Below are positions 23,397 to 35,374 of a DNA stretch of 64,000 nucleotides, piece by piece (the first letter of the stretch is position 1; every line of letters begins with the position of its first letter). The position numbers were made by a program, and so were the translations under genes. This DNA is from Nymphaea colorata (taxonomy: Eukaryota), in assembly GCF_008831285.2 (NCBI RefSeq), contig NC_045138.2:38378001-38442000 (forward strand). The letters are read 5' to 3'. The notes beneath the pieces are model-generated. The model did no database searches. It was not told the origin of the DNA and worked only from the letters and a program-made list of their open reading frames with translations.

Positions 23397-26300
23397 ATGA
23401 AGTACGTTCTTGTTTCCGGAGGAGTCGTCAGCGGGCTCGGCAAGGGAGTGATGGCGAGCAGCATCGGTGTGGTTTTGAAGGCGTGTGGTCTGCGTGTAAC
23501 ATCCATCAAGATAGGTATCTCTCTCTCTTGCCTCCTTCTTGTTCTTGTTCTTCTTTCTAGCGAGAAGATGGCGGGCGCGGAGTTGCTTTTATGCACCCAA
23601 TGTGCAGAAATTTTGTTTTCAGGGCTTCGACCTGAAATATTTCGTTCGTTTTCGCGTTGTAATGTGAGGAAGAGTAGGGGATTTATTATTTATGCCGTTT
23701 GTCGGAAGTTTCGTTGAGGTATTTCGTTTTTTCTTCCCTTCTGGATTATTAATGGACGCCGGCTTCTGGCAGCGAAAGGTTTCGAAGTTTTTCTCCTGAT
23801 GTTGGTCACGCGCTTCCTTCGTTCTATGTGTTTATAGAGTGACACCTTCCGTGACGGCTGAGCGTTACACTATTACTCTCTCACTGTGCGCGTGCGCGTG
23901 TGTTCTGTCTCTGTCTCTCGCTCTCTCTCTCCATCTCTCTATCGATTAATATATTCGGATGATTTAAGTTATTAGACTGGCATCATAGTTTTTTATTTCG
24001 TTCCTTAATCTCCCTATACAAGTCTTTTATTTTGAGAGCGATCCCTTAGGTCAACCCTGGTAGGAAACAAGATACTGCATATAGATTATAACTTGTTCTT
24101 GACTATTTGACGGGTTTGAGGCGTTTATATGCCTCATTTTTCTTGAACTGTATTACTTCGATGATTTTGAGTCCTATATTTTTTGATAAGGAAATGAATC
24201 CTTCTTTTTCTTAATAATCTTAGGTTTTCACACTTTTCCACTACTACTGTCACTGTTTGTTTATTTAGGTTATTACTATTTGTTATTGTTATTATTGTTG
24301 TTTTTTGTTCTGTTCCGGATTTGATTGTTGAGACGTGTGTAGTTTCTGTTTTCCGTCGTCTAAGTACTTGGAAGATTTCCTTTTTCCCCCAAGAATTTCT
24401 ACCGCTTTAATTATTTACTAAAGAGTTTTTTTTTTTTTAAAACAGTCGTGGTGTCTAGGGTTTCGAAATTTCAAATGCGACCTCGTAAAGGATTTGAGGT
24501 TCATTTCTTTTAATATTTACAATGGCTGCCATTCGCTTGTTAGTCAACCTTTTTTTTTGTTACAAATAGGACGGCTTACAGAAATGACGATTTTAGTTTT
24601 GTTTTAATTATATTATCTGTTGTTGGAAAGAACACGATTCTTTTTTTCTCGGTTCAACTCCTTGTGAAAGAGCGTCAAAGAGAAAACGTGGTCGCATTTC
24701 AGCAAATGCTTGTTGTGGATTTTTTTTCCATTTTTTAGTGTAAGAACGTTCAATGTACCCCAAAAAGTGACGACCGACTCACCAGTCGTTGCGTGAAATT
24801 CAAAATCTTTATCACCTCCCTAAGGCAGTGCTTGTCTCTCTCTATCTTATGGTGAAATAGTTGAAGTTTTGCTTTCTTTTCTGGTTTGGCTTCTTTAGGA
24901 GAAAGGTAGGCCGTCCCACCGAATCAACTTGCTTACTCTAAAAATGGATGTTGGGGTTAATTCTGGGCTATGTGGTCCCAATTCTTCTTTTTAACCCTGA
25001 AAGTTATCGAAACTTTAATTTAATTATGACGTCAGGATCTGTACAATACTTTTTAACGGTTGCCGTTGGAATTTTGGTGAAACGTTCTGCTCTTTGCACA
25101 TGGCTAATAATACCTTTTGTCGTTTGCTACTTCTCCCAAGTGTCGTCAGTTTTTTTCACTTGTATGGAAAACCAGGCAAGCTGCCCACGAAAAGCAAAAT
25201 TAACAGGTACCTTTGGTCTGTCCCCGTCCTTTTAATGTAAACTTGCCCTTTTGATAGTGTGTAGTAGAAGATAAAAACAGAATATTACTTTTCATGGTGC
25301 TCTTTATTACCACTTGACGGGTGGATTCCGTTTCGCTCTTTTGCAATTTAGAGTATAATCCCCACTCAAAAGAACGAGCCTTTAACGTTCCTTCAACATT
25401 TTGAATGATAAGAAAATTTAGTGCTTGTTTTCACTCTGAATTTTCGTCCACAAAGTTTTACTATCCCAAATGTAGAGTCCCCTTCTTCGTGCCCTAGTTT
25501 ATGGTCCTTTTTTACCCTTAGTTCCCAATTGTTGCACCAGCATTTTTTTTTTGACTTCCATGAATAAAGCATGAATCTTTCTCTTGAGATTTACAATTCT
25601 ACTCATATTATTATTGGCTCCTTTTTTCTTCAAAAGTTGATTTCCAGTATTATAGCTACATGAGCAAATGATGAAATGAGATATGCTTGTGATTTCTTCT
25701 TCTAAGAACCTGTATAACCTTCTATAATTCTTCTTTGGTTTTGGTTTTTGGGAAGTTCACACTGCATTCTGTAAATTATTTGTCATCATGTTGGTTTAAG
25801 TGAAAGAATTGACTGTTTGGTGGTGAGCTCGTGGTTGGAATGCCATAAAAGTGGGGAATGTAGACATGGTTATTTTCTGGACAAGTACACCGGTATTGGG
25901 ATTTACTTTCATATTTTTGTTTTGGGTTTTCAGGAGAGTTGATTTACTTCATAAATTCTGATTTATTATATCTCAATTGCTTAGAGCAGTGTAAAAATCC
26001 ACTTCAAAGTGTAATGTGTAGGCTACAACAGGAGGCTTGCACTAAAACAAATACAACACATCAAGCACAAAGGCTTCACATAAATACATGCAAAAGTACA
26101 CACATAAGGGTAGACATAAATAATTTTGTCGATAGGGCTTGCATAAGCTTCAAAAATGGGAGGGAATCATCCTCCCAAGTGTACAACAAGAGGGAGTAAG
26201 AGGAAGCTGAGTTATCTGTTGGTAGGTCATTCTTGGTCAAAGGCTATCCTTGACAAAAGAATGAGGATAAAATAAACTATAAAGAAACATACACTGTAAA

Positions 26301-28677
26301 TTTAACATCAAATAAATTATAAGTATATTAGAATTTTATTTTTCTAAAAATGCAATAAAAACATTATATTATTCATTTTTTCAAGTGATATTATTTTTAT
26401 TTTCTCCATTTTTTTCTTTATTTTTTTTAAAAATGGAGATATGTATATATGTACACAGTACACTTATATGTGTGTGTATGTGTATATATATATATATATG
26501 TAGAGAGAGAAAGAGAGAGAGGCCCATATGTATACACATGTTCTAACGAGCACTTGGATGATTCTTGAAATTCTGAAAATGAAAAAGAAAGTATTGAACT
26601 ACTGATCCGCGAAAATCAAATTAAACTCTATGAACCAAAAAAATAACTTCAAGGTGGTTGTCAAATTTGAGGGGATTCTCAGGCATTGTCAGTGTGTTTT
26701 ATTTTGGCTTTGCTTTTGAAGGTTTATTATTTCGCAAAATAGCTGTGGAGTGGAAGTTATATACAGTTTTTTTTTTTTCTTGTGATCTGTGCAGATCCAT
26801 ACTTGAACACTGATGCTGGAACAATGTCTCCTTTTGAGCATGGGGAGGTGTTTGTTCTCGATGATGGTGGCGAGGTATGTGCAGTGAAAAATTTATAGGT
26901 TTATCATTTGGACTCCTCATGTTTCCTGGGCTATGTATTTTATTATCTCTAGTGCTTTTTCAAGACACATGCTGCAAATATCGATGCAGATGTATGCATG
27001 ATTGAATCTTTATTTGTGTGTGGATGTGAGTGTTTGAATTTGGCTGCCTCTTTTGATGTTTCTCTCTTTGAGCATACCTTTCACTGTAAAACTAGATATG
27101 GTGAACATCATTCTAACCTTGACGTTTAATGAAGTACTGCTTCTAATATAGTGCTCCATGATTATATTACAGACAGTTTGGTTGTAGTTCTCTGTGCTAG
27201 CATTTCAGACAGTTGTCTCATGTCCTGAATCTTTTTAATTCTTGAAGGTTGATCTTGACCTGGGAAACTATGAAAGGTTTTTAGATGTCAAACTGACTCG
27301 TGACAACAATATAACAACGGGGAAAATTTACCAGGTATTAATTGGTTATCGAGTTCTAATAATTTAAATTGTAATTTTATTATTTCAATTTTCAAGTTTT
27401 CTGATGAAGATAACTTTGCCAACTATATATATTGTTTCGTGCATGTGACTGATGATATACTGTTTCTTTGTACAGTCTGTCATTGACAAAGAGAGAAGGG
27501 GTGATTATCTTGGCAAAACTGTTCAGGTCTAGAATAACAATAAGACATTAATTTAGCTAGTTTGCCCTTGGCATTCTGCTGTTGCCTGGCTTTTGGGTTC
27601 TTACTTCTAAAAATTAGTCAATAATCATGCCTTTATTACAGGTTGTTCCTCACATAACTGATGCTATTCAGGAGTGGATAGAGCGGGTTGCCATGATTCC
27701 TGTGGATGGGAAGGAGGGCCCTGCTGATGTGTGTGTCATAGAATTGGGCGGAACTGTTGGTAAGAGGAAATTTTCTATTTTTGTTTTATTCAGAACTTAG
27801 TCCTGCATATCGTGGTATCGTTTCCATTGTTAAAGTGCAAGCTTAACAGCCTTCACAAGAGCCGACAACATAACCATGTTCCTACCCACACAATCCCTTC
27901 CACACTTATATGGTTTGTCTGGACTTGCTTCTTTGTGTTCCTAATCTCTGTAGAGCTGCCATGAGAGTAAGATAATGAGTCTTATGTCTAAACAGAAAAC
28001 ATTTCAACAGCTTTTATGTCAATTTTGAGAGTAGTTGGCTGCTTGTTAACAGTGTTCCCATGTAGGTGATATTGAATCTATGCCATTTGTGGAAGCTCTT
28101 CGCCAATTATCATACCGTGTTGGTGAGGACACATTTTATTTACTTTTACTTACTGAAGAATCCATTTTTTTGAACTTGATACTTAGTTGGTGTTTGTCTT
28201 TCTATTGATTAATTGATTATTTTACAGGCCCTGGTAATTTCTGCCTGGTCCATGTCAGCCTTGTACCTGTTGTTAATGTTGTTGGCGAACAGGTAATTTG
28301 GGTGGACTAGCAATCTCTTATATATGGCATGGATGCTAAGTCAGTACTTGAGTGTGTGTTATAACAGCTTCGGGCGCTCAATTGACAGAACTGGTGGGGA
28401 TGCTCCAAGTTTCATTAAGCAATTAAACTCTGTGCAACTTCACTGAATTGGTCAACTTACCTGCTCTGTCATTCATATTGGGTTTAATTCTAGCAGCCTG
28501 CCTGTCTACGAATTAGTTTCTGTGTTTGGCAATCTTGGCTGACTCAGGCGAGTCAGCTAGTGACTTGGGTCGCATGATTTTTATTTAGTTTAACAAAATA
28601 AAAGTATAATTTGTGGAACAATCAGTATTTGTTCCATATGAGGAACAATTATCTATGTATATGTGTGTGTGTGTGTG

Positions 28678-28708
<31 letters not shown>

Positions 28709-29145
28709 CAACGAATACATGCATATAAAATATAAATGAATGTTTGAGTCATCTTGAAATCTCGTCTGAGTTGGCTGAATTTGACTGAATTAGGAAAGTC
28801 AATACCATGACTGGCACTGAGTTTTGTGTTAGTCAAATCCTTGTATTTTAACTCATCTTGGCTACGATATGATTTCATTTGAATGAGTCACAAATTGATT
28901 TTCCAGGCTTGGCGAGCTGTCTGCTCTTTTTTTATTGTAGTGTCCTATATATGTGTAAGTGTTGGTCAAATAAATAACCACTTTGGAGGCATTTTACTTG
29001 TACTTCAATTGGTAGATTATGATGCAAAAAAAAAATTGTGCTGTTTTGCTGTTATGTCTACAGAAAACAAAGCCAACTCAGCACAGTGTTCGTGAGCTAA
29101 GGGGTCTAGGTTTGATTCCAAACATTCTTGCTTGCCGCAGTACGA

Positions 29146-29218
<73 letters not shown>

Positions 29219-32200
29219 CCTCAGGGGAGCATATGCCGCTAAACTCATGCATGTGTCAAGTGCGAATATGTCTATCATGAAAAGATACGTCCTTCCCACT
29301 TCTGAGGTTAGCTGATGTTTTAAGCAGTGTGACTTTAGCAAGGTTTAGTCAAGTTCGTGAATATCCCTAATTTTATTTTATTTCTGATCAATGGGCTCAC
29401 CTGGTGGGCTTGTGTTGTCGTTAGGTAGCACCGTCCATTGATTCTGTAACCCGCTGCGACAATGTAAATGAATTTGCTGAGTCCAATGTTTATCTTGAGT
29501 TCAAAACATATTTTGTGAACCTGATTGGGAAGTGTTCCTGGATTTTGGAGACACTTAAAGGAATGAGTGAGTATCATACCGATGCTTGAGAAACCGTCAA
29601 AATTTTTGCCTGTCAAGCAATCCTTCGGGTGTTGCTTGAAATTCCCAAGACAATGATTATAGTTTTACAGACATGGAATGGAAACATTGCCATCCAGATC
29701 TTTTTTAGCTGTTTATTGGAATCCATGTATATCATTATCTATATTTGCACATTTTTTCTTGGGTGCATGTGTTCTTGTCCATTAGCCTGATTATTGCTTG
29801 ATTGACTTTACAGCCACTGGAGGACAACGTGAAAGAAAAACTCTCTCAATTTTGTCATGTTCCTGTAAGGCTTTCCCTGCCTCTTTCTTCTTTTTTTACT
29901 TTTCTGATCACGTCATTTTTCTCAATGGTAATAAGGACATTATTTATCTTCCCGTTGTTTGTTGACTGACCGTGTAACAGGCTGAAAGCATTCTTACAAT
30001 TTATGATGTCTCAAACATCTGGCACATACCTCTGCTTCTAAGAGTATGTGTCCTTGTATTTTATCTATTGGATCTCATTCTTCACTTCTCTTTCTATTTT
30101 ATTGCTTTCTCTGTATTATGAGCATGTTCTAAGGTCCTTTTTCATTTACGTACATGTTTCTGTTTAAATTCTGTTCTTGCAGGATCAAAAGGTCCATGAA
30201 GCAATTTTAAAAGGGCTAAACCTTCTAGGGTTTGTATTCTGGAACCATCTCTTTGTTATTTAGCATCTGGATTCAGTAATGGACTTTTATAGACTTTTCT
30301 CCATAGTTATTGTATGCCTATTGATTTTTTTGGGCATATTTTCTTTCCATTCAGCTTTGCAGGAAATCCGGAGTTGCAGGAATGGACTGCAAGAGCTGAA
30401 CTGCAGGATAAGTTATCTTATCCGGTAGGTTCTAATTTTGCAAATCAATTGATTTGGAGGCAAATGTTCCATTATTCATTTATTTAAGCTCATCTAGCTT
30501 TGAAGTTTTGAACATGTACAGGTTAGAATTGCCATGGTTGGAAAATATACTGGTCTATCAGATTCTTATCTGTCTGTGTTGAAGGTATGCATGTACTGTG
30601 CACTCACCAGTGTTGTTAATGTTTTCAACTTTTGAATTCTTGTAGGAAATATTGCAAACATGAAGAAAATCAGTTCTGAAATGTGATTGAACCTGTTAAT
30701 GCCATGATATAGAATGGCCATGTTATTCTTGTTACTTTTTTAGCAAGACTTGGGTTCCTTGATGATTTCAAAATTTTTACAGTTCATGTATGCCTTTGAG
30801 ATCTTGGGATGTGGCACTTGTTCTTAGGTTTTACTATTGATCCCTCCATGGACTTGTCAGTGGATCGGTGATTGATGAATCTGTTTACATGGAAAGCCCT
30901 TTTATTGGTACGGGACATTTCTCAAGTGGAGGATATTGATCAAGAAGAGGTGGGACCATAGATACCAGGGACTCGATGGCTCTTTTATAACTTTTCTTCC
31001 CCTTCTGCAGTACTTCCTGCTTTACATCTTCAGATACTTAACTCACCGCTTCTTCTCCATGTACCTCTTCCTGTATCCATTTCACTTGCGTGGAAGGAAA
31101 ATTACTTGGATAAATTAGTCTGGAAAGTCCTTTTACAAAGGCAACATCTGAACCCAAAGGAGGTGCTTCTCATGAAACTTGTCTTTCTGTATCTCTTCCA
31201 TAAGGGCATGAAAAACCTTATAAAGATAGAAGTGAAGCAGAAGCACTTTGGCTTCTCTATACAAGACTGTCATTTGAGAAATCAAATGGTCCTCAATTCT
31301 AAATATTTGTATCTGGTGTATCCATGGGGCACAATATGTTGCTTGTGTGTTCTTGGCTGGTTGAATTCTGTCTAGGACATTGTTACCTTGTTTGATTGTT
31401 TTCTCATTTCTTGATCAAGTTCTCCCTTCTTTCTGTCTCTTTTACCTCTGAAGAATTTGAGAACTTTCCTTTATGTATGAACACTTTCTTTCGCGTGTGA
31501 AATCTTACTCTTTGGAGTGTTTGTACTTAAAATTTGGAACAGGCTCTGTTGCATGCATCTGTAGAATGCTCAAGGAAATTGATGGTTGAATGGGTTGCTG
31601 CTACAGATCTTGAAGATGCTACTGCTAGAGAGGTTTCTAGAGTCCAGACATTATTAATGATCTTCTCTGCTTGTAATTCCTGTCTTTTAAAGTGCCTTAG
31701 GTAGTTAATTTCTGTCGTGCAGGATCCTGATGCCTTTGAAGCTGCATGGAATGTGCTGAAGGTAAGGCCTTTAACTCTCTCTTTCTCTCTTTTCCTCCCT
31801 TAGCTTAGGTTGTCAAGTTAATCTTGTTCAATTTGCTTTCTTATTTGTTTATTAACAGAACTAAATGATTTTGCTGTTCCTAACTCAGAGTGCAGATGGT
31901 ATTCTTGTACCTGGAGGATTTGGCGATCGAGGTGTTCAAGGAAAAATCCTTGCAGCAAAGTATGCTCGCGAAAACAGAATCCCGTACCTAGGAATTTGTT
32001 TAGGCATGCAAATTGCAGTGATTGAATTTTCACGTTCGGTATGTATTGCCTGTGGGAATGGTTGATCTCTCTGTGTACTTGATTTCTTGATCTACTGAAG
32101 CACTTGTGTTTTTGAAACTTTGTTACCGCATTCTGTAAAATAATTGCCTCATTCTTGTTATTTTTCCAGATTCTTGGCCTTCATGATGCAAACAGTACAG

Positions 32201-34306
32201 AATTTGATCCAGATACAAAAAATCCTTGTGTGATCTTTATGCCAGAAGTAAGCCCAAACATGCATATGTTTGATACAAGGACTTATTGCTAATGTCGTTT
32301 TTTTCCTGGTTTATTTTTGTGATGTTTATACTGTTTCTTTCTAACACACATTATCTATTTATTTCTATGAGAAGGGTTCCAAAACTCATATGGGAGGTAC
32401 CATGCGTCTGGGATCGAGAAGGACATATTTTCACATGGCGGACAGTGTCACTGCAAAATTGTGAGGACCAATACATGTTTTCACCCGTATGTTTATTTCT
32501 AACCTTGGAAAGATGGGGAAGGACTACAAAGCTCATTGTATTAGTGTTTTTTGGTGGTGTGTGTATTCAAGTGCAAGAACTTTGGGGACCAGTAACTACT
32601 GCTTTACCAGAAAATCTTCTGATGTAAATTTTTTTATCATATATTTCTCTTTTGTTTGACATCTCTTTTCCTTTCTCTTCCTGAACTTGGTTTGCTTAGA
32701 TACGGCAATGTGGGATATGTGGATGAACGGCATCGACACAGATATGAGGTTTGTTGCCTTATGCTCTTGCACTGCAACGCCTGAGAACTGAAAAATTTCT
32801 GGCTAATGTGCATATTTCAAGCTTGATTGGTGTATCTGCATTTTTAGGTCAACCCTGAGATGATTGATCAACTGGAGCAGGCAGGTCTTTCATTTGTCGG
32901 GAAGGATGAGAGTGGCAAGCGCATGGAAGTGAGTATTTCTACTACTAAATAATTTTGCATTTTAGTGGACTCCGAGAGGTTGCCCTAGGGTGGGCTTTAA
33001 AGTGCTGAGTGAGGGTCCATTGGACCTGATCCCTTATTTTGTATGTTGTTTTGCCTATGGAGTTATAAACCTGGGGCGTCTTATGTTTTCATGTTGCATT
33101 ATTTATACTTATGTTCCAATCTATTTTTGCTAGATTGTAGAACTTCCAGGTCATCCTTACTTTGTTGGCGTACAATTTCACCCGGAGTTCAAATCTAGGC
33201 CTGGAAAACCTTCAGCTGTTTTCTTAGGTAATCTGTGCTTTGCTGATAATCCTCAACGACTTAAACTTTTTTGCTTTCCGTGCGAACAGAATGATAACTG
33301 AGATTTTGCTTCACTCTTTCATGTTTAATACACATGATGTGTTTTTTGTGTTAGAAATATGAGCCTGTAAATTTTACAAAAATATCTCTAATAAAATACT
33401 TCACGTCCATTTCTTCTGAAATAAATATATCGCTACTGAAATATACTACGTAATTTTCTTTGAAATGAATAAATAAAATTGTGTGTTCCTACTGGTGTCA
33501 TTGCAACCAACAACAACTTCTCTTTTCTAAATGGTAGTGACCTGCCTAATTCGAACTGGTATCTTTGCTACGGCCAACGACTTGTCCTTTCCAAATGGTG
33601 TGGTGGCTTGCTTAACCCCATCTTACGTAATAGAACCTTGGATTGGACAACTTGATTTGAGACTCTTTAAACTTCAGAGTAGATGGAATAATTTGATTGA
33701 AGTACTTGAAAGCTTAGGTTCTTCATTTAGCAGCTTGAATTGCAAAAAACATATGAACTTGTGAAGTAGCATTAAGGGAATTTGATAATTGATGGTTTAG
33801 TTTACATTCTCTGGTTCAAAAAGTTTCACGTTCCATAGTTTTGATGTTGGACACTTGACCAGTATAAACTCGTGAAATTGTGGAAAGACATCTGAAATTG
33901 TAAAAATAACATCAAGGAAATTTGTTAACGTTTTATAAGCAATATGCATTACGCTGTTTATGTCCTCTCTTCACATCCTGTGGTTCCAAAAAAAGTTCAT
34001 GTTTCATAGTTTTGATATAAGCTTGTGAATGGTGAAAAATATCACTTTTTCATTATAGGCCTTTGCTTAAGTTGACCTTACGGTTAGTTTGATGTCAGTT
34101 GCACTTTTTGAATATGAGCAGGGCTTATACGAGCAGCAACTAATCAACCAATTTTTGGTATGCCACATCCAAGCCACAACAAAATAGCTACTAGGAACAG
34201 CATGAGCAATGGAACGGCAGCGCCACTCAAGTCATTCATGAATGGCAAGATAAATGGTCCACTAAGGACCAGTCTCTACTCAAACGGAAATGGCGTACAT
34301 ATTTAG
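23397..34306 (+). CDS. CTPS: CTP synthase (synthase plus class I glutamine amidotransferase domains), 22 exons, ~601 aa
   Basis: Exons: 23397-23514, 26795-26874, 27248-27334, 27476-27526, 27642-27759, 28066-28122, 28228-28292, 29064-29147, 29814-29864, 29981-30043, 30183-30229, 30355-30424, 30522-30584, 31543-31632, 31723-31761, 31889-32038, 32170-32247, 32375-32460, 32700-32748, 32848-32928, 33134-33227, 34122-34306 (1806 nt). Motifs: [80 protein letters not shown] (catalytic Cys), [17 protein letters not shown] (His-Glu). Confidence 0.97.
26010..26255. mobile_element. Possible solo LTR / TRIM-like insertion in CTPS intron 1
   Basis: A 246-bp segment bounded by TG...CA (tgtaatg...ccttgaca) and flanked by a 4-bp direct repeat AAAG. 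It is A-rich, unlike the T-rich intron around it. Confidence 0.35.
29148..29217. repeat. Compound (CT)n(GT)n microsatellite at the start of CTPS intron 8
   Basis: aag|gt(ct)n(gt)n directly after exon 8. Confidence 0.95.
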
Positions 34307-34702
34307 AAAGCAATTTGGTGGCCTTGGAAATCTGTCACCGCTGGAGTTTTGCAGTTTTACTTGGAGGGGCTTTTCTTTTTTCTGTACAGCTTGCAGGTTA
34401 GGATTTTTAACTTCTTGTGCCGCATTCTATGGACTTTTCATGACAGTTTTTTTTCTCTTTAATACGGTTTAATATTTAGTATTTTCTATTATAAGGAGTT
34501 GGACTTTTATATATGGTACATTGTATATTAAGATGAACATTTTATTTTATTTGCCTGATGTATAAGCATGCACTGAAGTTTCCGCAGGTTATCATTCTCT
34601 ACTCTTCTGACTGGAGATTACATAACTGTTTTTGGTGCTAACAGTTGAGTAGATTCGTGGCTGGAGACTGACGAGTGCCGGAATGGAGACCAAGCAACCT
34701 AC

Positions 34703-34856
34703 TTGGTTCAAACATGGACAATAATTTCCATTTCATGGCAGTTTTTCTGGGAGTTGTCTTCGCAGTTACCGAAGCATTTTGGTTCAAATATGGACAATAA
34801 TTTAGATTTCATGGCAGTTTTTCTGGGAGTTGTCCTCGCAGTTACCAAAGTATTTA
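34703..34856. repeat. 77-bp tandem duplication between the convergent CTPS and ABCD2 3' ends
   Basis: 'ttggttcaaa(c/t)atggacaataattt..atttcatggcagtttttctgggagttgtc.tcgcagttacc.aag.attt' at 34703 and 34780. Confidence 0.9.
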
Positions 34857-35374
34857 GTCTGTACTTGTGATGGAACACCTAAAACACTGCAAGATTGAGT
34901 TATCTTGTCTCAGTTTGAACAAGATCATTCCCTATAGTGGAATGATTTCTTATGCATCTGCTTCTGAAGTTTGTATCTGAGAATCGCTATCTACGTACTA
35001 ATATATCCAGTGGACGGTGAATGCAGAAAGGTCGACTTCAAAAGTGAGATGTTACGTACGGTATGAGGCTATAAGTAAAATAACAGAAACAATAAATTTA
35101 CTGGATATCCGTGAAGAGTGGTCGACGTTCCTTCTCCGGAACCTCTTCAGAGTTCAACACTTCAGAAACATGCACTTCAGAAACATATGCAATCGGCTGA
35201 TGAAATTGGGGTTATAAGCACAAAATTAGTAATGCATTTAATAATATAAACATACGCATTTAATAATGTAAACATACTTTTGCACAATCAACAATAAAAA
35301 TGATAATATGAAACAAAGAATGCAAAAGTTTTCTTTACTTTTACACGGTCAGAATCTTGTAAGTGCAGCTGCTA

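Noticed and set aside
30850..31380. Possible LINE fragment or nested ORFs in CTPS intron 13
   Set aside because: Only a vague resemblance, with no diagnostic RT motif.
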